From Planctomycetales bacterium (GTDB taxonomy: Bacteria > 4484-113), in the NCBI GenBank assembly GCA_037441675.1, contig JBBIRS010000003.1, positions 64,001 through 128,000 of the forward strand: a stretch of DNA of 64,000 nt, in the 5' to 3' direction. The first letter of the stretch is position 1; every line of letters begins with the position of its first letter. Below the pieces are notes generated by a model. The model had not been told where the DNA came from and ran no database searches. It saw nothing but the letters and a program-made list of their open reading frames with translations. Shown in pieces: positions 56,899 to 64,000 of the stretch. A program made the translations under genes and the position numbers.

Positions 56899-57606
56899 TT
56901 ATGCTGCAGTTCTTGCTTCAAAGAGGATGAAATTATTCCCGTCCCGGGTGAAGAATACGTTTCCGCTGTTGATTAAATCTAAAATTACTGTAAAAGCAGA
57001 AACAACCCAAGATAGGTTCATCCGCATTGTCAATAGTCCAATTATTGGAATTCCTTCCTTTGAGGATTTGATAGATCCGTATATCTCCTTGTAAACCACC
57101 TCATAGGGATAATCTTCTTCAATAAAATTCAAGACGGGTGGTTGTTCCAACCTTGAAATGACCTCGTTAAAGGCGTTAATTAGGTCGTATAGTGAGACAT
57201 CTTTCAGGGCATATACAACTTCTTTACTCTGTTCAGGGGGTTTGAGTGGTGGGAGATACTTTGCCTGATGGCGAAGCATACTATTTAGGAGCTCCACCGT
57301 TTTTCTTATACTTTTATACGCAGAAATCCTTTGGGAAATGTCAGGGGTTTCTTCGTCTTTTACATTTAGGCTTTCATCATCTTCTTCCTCTTCGCTCGCA
57401 GGCAGAAGTAGTTTGCTTTTCATCTCTAAGAGAAAGCATAGGTATACAAGCTCTTGATACACGCTATCAAGTGAGAGAGTTTCCGTTAATTTCTGTAAAA
57501 TAGACTTCACCAAAGAGAGCAAGTTGATGTCAAATAAGACCTCCCTTTGAGCGATAGCGTACTTAGCTAGCTCACTTGGTTTCTTGCTTTGTAGGCTTAA
57601 ATACAT
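56899..57606 (-). CDS. scpA: segregation and condensation protein A (kleisin), divergent
   Basis: LLEMKSKLLLP followed by an acidic stretch, VSLYDLINAF, C-terminal VVSAFTVILDL..G. Confidence 0.7.
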   Translation of the reverse strand: MYLSLQSKKPSELAKYAIAQREVLFDINLLSLVKSILQKLTETLSLDSVYQELVYLCFLLEMKSKLLLPASEEEEDDESLNVKDEETPDISQRISAYKSIRKTVELLNSMLRHQAKYLPPLKPPEQSKEVVYALKDVSLYDLINAFNEVISRLEQPPVLNFIEEDYPYEVVYKEIYGSIKSSKEGIPIIGLLTMRMNLSWVVSAFTVILDLINSGNVFFTRDGNNFILFEARTAA

Positions 57607-57639
57607 AATGGATTAAGGGTTTAACAATACACTAAAATT

Positions 57640-58338
57640 TTAACCTAGCAGGCTGGCGACAGCCTTCTCAACATAAAGTGAGAACTCGCTTCCAAATAGA
57701 AGTCCAATCCCAGAAAAGAGCACTAGGAAAGCAAAGTGAAATGTAGAACCTATTATGTGGATGCGGTCATCAAAGAGGACTAGGAATAGGATGAACAAAA
57801 TACCCACTTGAGTTAAGGCGTTGTATCTAACCATTAAACGCCATGGGAGGAACATAGAAACCACACGGCTACCATCTAGTGGCGGTATTGGTAGTAAATT
57901 AAATATCATAAGAACGTAGTTTATAAGGACTAGAATACCAAAGAATCCGACAACGAATAGAGATGCATCTACGTTTTGCGCGGAAAAGATATAAACTACG
58001 AACAGACTTAGAATCAAAAGGGATAGGTTGGCAAAAGGACCTGCAAGAGCGGTAATTATTACGCCTTTTCGGTAATTGCGAAAGAATGCTGGATTTATCG
58101 GCACGGGTTTAGCCCACCCGATGAACGGCACGCCGAGAAACACGATTAGAACCATAAAGATAGTTCCGACCGGATCAAGATGTTTCAGCGGGTTAAGGCT
58201 TAATCTGCCATAAGTACGTGGAGTGGGATCACCTTGTGCGTCCGCCGCAGCTCCATGGGAGACTTCGTGGAAAACAACTGACAGTATCAAGCCAACAAAA
58301 ATTGCTAGCTTCGCCAACCATTGCGAACCATCAGCCAT
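57640..58338 (-). CDS. site-2 protease (peptidase M50) family protein
   Basis: HEVSH, GDPTP..GRLSLNPLKHLDP, GWAKPVP, AGPFAN, FNLLPIPPLDGS. Confidence 0.95.
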   Translation of the reverse strand: MADGSQWLAKLAIFVGLILSVVFHEVSHGAAADAQGDPTPRTYGRLSLNPLKHLDPVGTIFMVLIVFLGVPFIGWAKPVPINPAFFRNYRKGVIITALAGPFANLSLLILSLFVVYIFSAQNVDASLFVVGFFGILVLINYVLMIFNLLPIPPLDGSRVVSMFLPWRLMVRYNALTQVGILFILFLVLFDDRIHIIGSTFHFAFLVLFSGIGLLFGSEFSLYVEKAVASLLG

Positions 58339-58420
58339 TAAATCATTTCACCGTTGATGAGATTGGCTTTCATTATACAGCTTGAGCATGTTAATTTTTT
58401 GAAAATATCAAGTTAGTTAC

Positions 58421-59470
58421 CTACTTTCCTGACTTTTTAGTTTCAGGCTGAACCTTTTTATTATTTGTTTTGGCGTTTTTCTCTTCTTTCTTCTCTTCTT
58501 TTTTCTCTTTCTTTGGCACCTCTTTGAGAACAAATTCTTCCTTCGTTCGTGGGACGCCCACCCAGGTAGAAGCAGATAAGGCGTATATCTGATTCAGATG
58601 CGTGTTTTCCACGTAGCGTTTCCTGTCTTCCGTTTCAGGTGACACAATTAGTTTGACGTCTTCATTGCCCACTTTGAATTCTATCGTGAAATCAGGAGTA
58701 TCAAGCTTATACTCCGGTTTCCTGCCTCCATCTAATAAACTTATCGCAACCATTCCGCTTATTCTTGATAGAAACTCAACCACAATGTTTGAATCCGCTT
58801 TCAAATCTCCCGGATATGTGAATTGCCACATTCCGTCTTTATCTCTCTCCAGTATGAATGATGAGTTCGCACTAGTAAAAGCGATTTTTGTAATATCTTC
58901 CCTATTGTATCGGAAAGGGGCTTTATCTCTCCATTCATCCGGGTCCCTTTGCCAGAAACTATTCTTGTTTTCTGCTACAAGAAATATCTTTGTCTCATCG
59001 GGCTTAACCGCATAGGTGCTTCTAAAATCTGGTCCAGCTTTGCCAAGAAAGAGCTTATATGAGCTTTTGTCTTCGGGGCTTTTGGCGAGTGTAACCTTTA
59101 GTGCGGTTTTGTCAGATAGTTCAAATTTTTCAAGCTTCTCCTTGCCCTCCGCGATTAGTTCCGCTGGTTCAACATTCGTGAAGTATTCCAAAGCTTCCTC
59201 AACATCTGGAGGATTCACTGGAAACCATCTACCGTCGTTCAATAGAACAAACCAACGGTCTTCCTCCTTCTTTAGTTTTATCTTCTTCTCGTCCTTCTCA
59301 AATTCAATGTAATTAATACCATCTTTTTTAATCCCCTGAAAGAAGGGTTGAAGTTCAGCTTTTTTAATATGCTCAGCGCGTCTTTCGCCGAATGTGGCTA
59401 ATACGTAAATGACAAGCAAAACAACTATCGCTAATGCTAGTAGGATGTAACTTAAATTCTTACGAAGCAT
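58421..59470 (-). CDS. DUF4340-domain protein
   Basis: N-terminal TM, two repeated units, WRDK; last gene of the Gld-like ABC module. Confidence 0.75.
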   Translation of the reverse strand: MLRKNLSYILLALAIVVLLVIYVLATFGERRAEHIKKAELQPFFQGIKKDGINYIEFEKDEKKIKLKKEEDRWFVLLNDGRWFPVNPPDVEEALEYFTNVEPAELIAEGKEKLEKFELSDKTALKVTLAKSPEDKSSYKLFLGKAGPDFRSTYAVKPDETKIFLVAENKNSFWQRDPDEWRDKAPFRYNREDITKIAFTSANSSFILERDKDGMWQFTYPGDLKADSNIVVEFLSRISGMVAISLLDGGRKPEYKLDTPDFTIEFKVGNEDVKLIVSPETEDRKRYVENTHLNQIYALSASTWVGVPRTKEEFVLKEVPKKEKKEEKKEEKNAKTNNKKVQPETKKSGK

Positions 59471-61141
59471 TTAAGTTTCACCCCCGGTGGCTGGTAAGTA
59501 CTTGTGTTTGATGGCGATCCTCTTCTTAAGCCTCATCATCCATCTTAGAATACCGAAGAAGATTAAAAGAGCGGGAACTCCAATTATGTTGCCGTACTTT
59601 ATCAAGTTCTTGGCTGGCTCTGTGAGATTCACCCTAATGGGATTTGACGTGAGCCCTCTGGATCGTATGCCAATTAGGGCTTCTCCCTGGGAAAGCCAGT
59701 CCGCTAGATTCTCAAGGAAAAGCGCATTCTCGGGGAACTGCCTGACGTATCCATCTTCTAGAAACCTTCCGCAGGCTATTGCAATAACTGTGGCTTCGCT
59801 GGTGCCATCCTTTATGAAATTTTTTGGGTCAAGGACTCTGCTCAAGAGAGTTTTTCTATCTTCCTCTGCGTCCTCTGGAATTTTAGGAGGTCCATCCTTC
59901 TTGAATGCTGATGGAAGTTTACCTCGAATTATGTAACCCAAAGTGTACTGACCAATTTCAGCATTTAAACGTGATGTTCTAAAATCTTGCTGTGGATTTA
60001 GGTCAAAGGGAGACTTAATAGTCCAGGCTTTATCCGTAGTCTTAAAAAGCGGTTCGTAGGTTATTCCCGCCGGTCTATCATCAGCAAGCTCTAGGTAGCC
60101 TGTCCAAGGAAGTACAAGCGATTCAAGGGACGCGGTCGGCGGGAGAGTCTTATTGAATTTATCCGGAAGGATTTTCACCCACATTGGATAGGGTAGGGAC
60201 AAAACGAACGCTCCCGCGCTAAAGCTTGCGATTGCATTGCTCAAATCAAGAACTAATTGTTTCTTCAAACTTACGCCAAACTTTTCAATCATCGTTTCAA
60301 TCCCTGGCAAAGCTGGGTAAGCTTGAAGCCCTTGGCTTGGCATCATTGCGGCATCCATCGGCGCAATTAGACTTCCGCCCTTCATTAGGAATTGATCGAT
60401 TACGTATTTGGCTTCCTCCGAAAGCCCCATAGGATTTAGCACAATGAGCGTTTTAGCTTCACTAGGAATTTCTAGCTTGGTTTCCAGCTCAACATCTTTG
60501 ATAGTGAAACGCTCCCTTAACAGATCTTTTAACTGGGTGAATCTGGATTCTGGAGCTTGCTCACTAAATGAGAACCTTCTGGAAAAATCCGCAACCGCAA
60601 TTGTCGGAAGTTCTTCTCTCGTTAATTTGAGGATTCTAGAGGTTATATCGTATTCAAAGTTGCCGGGATTTTCTAGGACTGGAATAACTTCTTTCTTATC
60701 CTCGTAAATTAGGGCGAGTCCAAGGTAAACCTTGACAACCTGAAGTTGATCTTTGGCGATTGCTTGCATTTGCACTTCGGGAATGCCGAGATTCTCCGCA
60801 CGCTTTTGCATCTCAGGGTTATTTGTCGGGTCAATCAAACGGTATCTGAACGAGCCACCACTTGACGCCTCGTATTCTGCAAGGATATCCTTTATTCTTT
60901 CGCTAAGTGGTTGAGCGGAGGCAGGCAAATCCCGAGATAGGAATAGTTCAGCATTCAACCTTCCCTTTATATCCCTAATTATTTTTACCGTGGATTGGCT
61001 GAGTGAATATGCTTTATCCTTGGTAATGTCAAATCGCTTGTAGAACTTCCAAGAAACTAGGCTGATAAGAATAACGAGTATCAATACCAGTGCAATTTCA
61101 AAGGATTCTCGTTGTCTGCGAATTGTCTTAGGTTTAGGCAT
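59471..61141 (-). CDS. GldG-like ABC transporter auxiliary component
   Basis: RFDITKDKAYSLS, EYDITSRI, IDQFLMKGG, NALFLENLADWL..LIGIRSR; N- and C-terminal TMs. Confidence 0.88.
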   Translation of the reverse strand: MPKPKTIRRQRESFEIALVLILVILISLVSWKFYKRFDITKDKAYSLSQSTVKIIRDIKGRLNAELFLSRDLPASAQPLSERIKDILAEYEASSGGSFRYRLIDPTNNPEMQKRAENLGIPEVQMQAIAKDQLQVVKVYLGLALIYEDKKEVIPVLENPGNFEYDITSRILKLTREELPTIAVADFSRRFSFSEQAPESRFTQLKDLLRERFTIKDVELETKLEIPSEAKTLIVLNPMGLSEEAKYVIDQFLMKGGSLIAPMDAAMMPSQGLQAYPALPGIETMIEKFGVSLKKQLVLDLSNAIASFSAGAFVLSLPYPMWVKILPDKFNKTLPPTASLESLVLPWTGYLELADDRPAGITYEPLFKTTDKAWTIKSPFDLNPQQDFRTSRLNAEIGQYTLGYIIRGKLPSAFKKDGPPKIPEDAEEDRKTLLSRVLDPKNFIKDGTSEATVIAIACGRFLEDGYVRQFPENALFLENLADWLSQGEALIGIRSRGLTSNPIRVNLTEPAKNLIKYGNIIGVPALLIFFGILRWMMRLKKRIAIKHKYLPATGGET

Positions 61142-61143
61142 TT

Positions 61144-61860
61144 TTACTTCACCTTTGTGCCGCGAACGACCTTGACTGTTAGATACTGGCATAGAAACAC
61201 CACCAAGGCGTAATAAATGACATCTCTTGTGTCAATGACACCTCTAGCAAGACCGCTAAAGTGATTTGACAGGCTCAGATACTCCGCTAGGGGATAAAAA
61301 GCGGTTGGCAGAAAGAGGGTAACAATTGGCTCGCCAGCTATCATAAGTCCTGCAACAATGATTACTCCGATGATGAAAGCGACGATTTGATTCTTTGTCA
61401 TAGAACTTACGAAAGTTCCAATGGAAAGGACAGCTGAGCTCAAAAGCAATGTGCCAAGATAGTTAGCGAAAACAACTCCCCATTCTGGCTGTCCAAGGAG
61501 ACCGACCGTGACAGCTAGCGGAAGAGTGAGCGCAATGGTTATAGCGTAAACAGCCAAAGCAGCCAGATACTTGCCTAGAACAACCTGCCACTCTTCTACA
61601 GGCAAGCTGAAGAGGAGTTCGTTTGTTCCAGCCTTTCTCTCTTCAGCCCAAAGGCGCATAGTAATCGCAGGTACAAAAAAAAGAGTTATCCACGGAACAA
61701 TCACAAAGAAACCGCGCATAGTTGCCTCGTTCATTAGAAAGAAGGTGCGGAAAAAGAGCCAAGTTGATACGACTAGAAATGCGGTGATGAATATGTAAGC
61801 GATAGGGCTCTCAAAGTAAACTTTTAGTTCCTTTCGTGATATGTTAAGTGCCTTTCGCAT
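61144..61860 (-). CDS. GldF-like ABC-2 permease
   Basis: KELKVYFESPIAY, PAITMRLWAEERKAGTNELL, KNQIVAF, RGVIDTRD. Confidence 0.9.
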   Translation of the reverse strand: MRKALNISRKELKVYFESPIAYIFITAFLVVSTWLFFRTFFLMNEATMRGFFVIVPWITLFFVPAITMRLWAEERKAGTNELLFSLPVEEWQVVLGKYLAALAVYAITIALTLPLAVTVGLLGQPEWGVVFANYLGTLLLSSAVLSIGTFVSSMTKNQIVAFIIGVIIVAGLMIAGEPIVTLFLPTAFYPLAEYLSLSNHFSGLARGVIDTRDVIYYALVVFLCQYLTVKVVRGTKVK

Positions 61861-61911
61861 TTCTTACTTCTCCACGAGTTGAAATAATTGATTGAACTTC
61901 TGCTTCCTCAT

Positions 61912-62877
61912 TTATGCCTGCGCTTCCTCTTTTGTTGTTACTACTGCCGTTGATTCACCTCTGGTAAGCTCTAAGAAAACTTCTTCCATTGTTGCAACCT
62001 TCGGAATTAGCTTTCTCATTTTTCCATTCACACTTACTACCGCATTAAAAATATTTTCACTAACGTCAAGATCATTTGTGGATGTCAGGAAGAACCTAGT
62101 CCAACCGTCCATTAGCTTTTCTTCTTCGGTCACTGCGACAAAATCGGATAGTTTGGAGAGAAGGGATGGTTTATCGCCAATGAATTCAATTTCATAAGAC
62201 TTCTGACCACTCGCCATTTTAGCCAAACTTTCCGGCGTGCCCTCCGCTACTATTCTCCCTCTGCTTATTACAACAATGCGGTCGCTGGTTTTTTGAGCTT
62301 CATCGAGGATGTGGGTGGAGAAAAGGATTGCTTTCTCTTTGCCAGCCTCCCGAATTAACCTTCTAATCTCTATTATCTGGGTTGGGTCAAGCCCACTGGT
62401 TGGTTCATCTAGAATAAGGCAGGGAGGGTCGTGAATTATGGCGACCGCAAGTCCGACCCTTTGACGATAACCTCGGGAAAGTTCCGCTACATCTTTGTAA
62501 ACCATCTCGGAAAGTGAGCAGATTTGAATGATTTCGTCAATGCGATCTTCCAGCTTTCTGCCGTAAATCTTGTGCATTCTCCCAACGAACCTTAAAAGGT
62601 CTATGACAGGCAGTTCCTCATAAAGCGGTGTATTTTCGGGAAGATATCCTATTTGCTCTCTTAGGGCAATTGGCTCTTCCCAGAGGTCTTTTCCGTTGAC
62701 ACGCACAGTCCCTGTTTCTGGGGTCAAAAGTCCCATCATCACCCGCATAGTTGTTGTCTTGCCTGCTCCATTTGGACCAAGAAATCCGACTACCTCTCCC
62801 TTGTTTACGGTTAGGTTCACATTGTCAACCGCAAGTGTTTCACCAAAATGTTTAGTTATTTCACGAACTTCAATCAT
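61912..62877 (-). CDS. GldA-like ABC transporter ATP-binding protein
   Basis: GPNGAGKTT, LSRGYRQRVGLA, LILDEPTSGLDP, STH. Confidence 0.95.
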   Translation of the reverse strand: MIEVREITKHFGETLAVDNVNLTVNKGEVVGFLGPNGAGKTTTMRVMMGLLTPETGTVRVNGKDLWEEPIALREQIGYLPENTPLYEELPVIDLLRFVGRMHKIYGRKLEDRIDEIIQICSLSEMVYKDVAELSRGYRQRVGLAVAIIHDPPCLILDEPTSGLDPTQIIEIRRLIREAGKEKAILFSTHILDEAQKTSDRIVVISRGRIVAEGTPESLAKMASGQKSYEIEFIGDKPSLLSKLSDFVAVTEEEKLMDGWTRFFLTSTNDLDVSENIFNAVVSVNGKMRKLIPKVATMEEVFLELTRGESTAVVTTKEEAQA

Positions 62878-63085
62878 ACGTGTAACCGCCAAAACGTAAA
62901 TTTATAGGACTAAAGCCTAGTTTAGGCAAGACGAAACTGCTAGGCTGTTTATTCAGTATAAAAAGCTGATGAGAAGTTGTCAATATGTGAAGTATCAATC
63001 TAGTATTGAGGGTTCTAGATTATCCTTCTCTTTTATTTGTTTTGATATAAAATAATTAATCTTAAAATCCTTAGGGGAAGAAGGA

Positions 63086-64000
63086 ATGATGGCTTTTATT
63101 AAAAGGGTTAGAAGGTATTGGTTAACCTGTGTAACTCTCATTATTTTGCTTGCAGGTTTAACTTACTCGTCCTGCTCAAAGGGTGGAAAATTCCTGAGTT
63201 ATGAGCCAACCTTGGACGAACAAAATTTTGTCTCAACAAGCGAAAATAACCGAACAGCGGAGGTGAGCCTTGATGAGGTATTGACAGAGCTTGATAGTTT
63301 GCAGTCATCAGGTGGGATGAGTGAGCCGTTGTTTGCGAGGCTGAAATCCGAGCTGAGAAAGCAGTTGACCCAGATGGCGGTTGAACGCTTTGTGGAGAAA
63401 GCGCCTGGCGGTGAGGATAATCAGGTGACAGATTTACAGATAAACGATAGGGGAGGAGGGAGCTACTTATTGACCTGGAGTTACAGAAACAATGGAGATT
63501 ACAACCAGGACGGCACGGTGAATATTGGAGATGTCCTTCCACTTGCTCAGCATTTTCACGAATCAGTATCGACGGAGAATGAGTGGATTGATGGATCAGG
63601 GGACAGAGTAATCAACATAGTTGATGTCAGCGCGCTGGCGCGGAACTTTTTCAGCCAGTGCAAGGAGTATGTGATAAGAAGTGGGCCTAATCAAAATGGG
63701 CCATTTGACACCGAGATTGGCGTGATTGATATGGCGCTTGCAGGTGGAGAGGGTAGAAAGAGGTTTGAGTTTAACGCAAGCGGGCTAATCCCGAGCCAGT
63801 GGGCAATAGTTGTTCCCCGTGATGGCGCGGGAAATGAGGGTATACAAAGTCTGCCTGCAATGGTGCCAATTGCGCAGAATCAACGCCCGAACGCGATACT
63901 AAACGCGATCCCACTCACGGGTGACGCTCCACTAAATGTCGACTTTGACGCTAGCGAAAGTTCTGACCCCGATGGAACTATTACTCAATACAGATGGGAT
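63086..64000 (+). CDS. lipoprotein with dockerin-like EF-hand pair and PKD domain (3' end outside the window)
   Basis: Absent from the ORF track because no stop is reached. MMAFIKRVRRYWLTCVTLIILLAGLTYSSC lipobox; GDYNQDGTVNIGD and IDGSGDRVINIVD; GDAPLNVDFDASESSDPDGTITQYRWD. Confidence 0.85.
   Translation, partial: MMAFIKRVRRYWLTCVTLIILLAGLTYSSCSKGGKFLSYEPTLDEQNFVSTSENNRTAEVSLDEVLTELDSLQSSGGMSEPLFARLKSELRKQLTQMAVERFVEKAPGGEDNQVTDLQINDRGGGSYLLTWSYRNNGDYNQDGTVNIGDVLPLAQHFHESVSTENEWIDGSGDRVINIVDVSALARNFFSQCKEYVIRSGPNQNGPFDTEIGVIDMALAGGEGRKRFEFNASGLIPSQWAIVVPRDGAGNEGIQSLPAMVPIAQNQRPNAILNAIPLTGDAPLNVDFDASESSDPDGTITQYRWD

Noticed and set aside
1512..62899. Many 60-190 aa ORFs nested in or antisense to the called genes
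   Set aside because: They overlap well-supported genes and carry no motifs; typical shadow ORFs
63141..63542. 133-aa minus-strand ORF
   Set aside because: Antisense shadow of the plus-strand lipoprotein gene

Overview
Bacterial chromosomal window, mostly housekeeping, from a diderm organism with divergent proteins (TonB-ExbBD with a TonB-dependent receptor, several lipoproteins, meso-DAP-type MurE). It contains a dcw cluster (mraZ-rsmH-ftsL-ftsI-murE-murF-mraY-murD-ftsW-murC-murB-ddl-ftsQ, lacking murG and ftsA/ftsZ), ribD, plsC-dapB-asd, cysS, mreC-mreD-mrdA, a ferredoxin, ROK-rsfS-tRNA-Ala(GGC), pgk, an ArsR/permease/thioredoxin-like module, a decayed Type III restriction-modification locus, mnmA, rlmB, scpA, an M50 protease, a Gld-like ABC module, and a dockerin-like/PKD lipoprotein that runs off the right end. 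The most notable signal is an unannotated, highly structured ~355-nt RNA on the minus strand (about 53156 to 52799). It has a TTGACA-17-TAATTT promoter, paired 5'/3' ends, three C(UUCG)G tetraloops, candidate pseudoknots and a U8 tail, and it does not fit tRNA, tmRNA, RNase P, SRP or standard 6S. Also notable: an in-frame TAG in murE, a structured element plus terminator between ftsL and ftsI, homopolymer frameshifts in mod and res, and several apparently leaderless genes. No CRISPR array, rRNA or transposase was seen. All calls come from reading the sequence by eye; no database searches were run.
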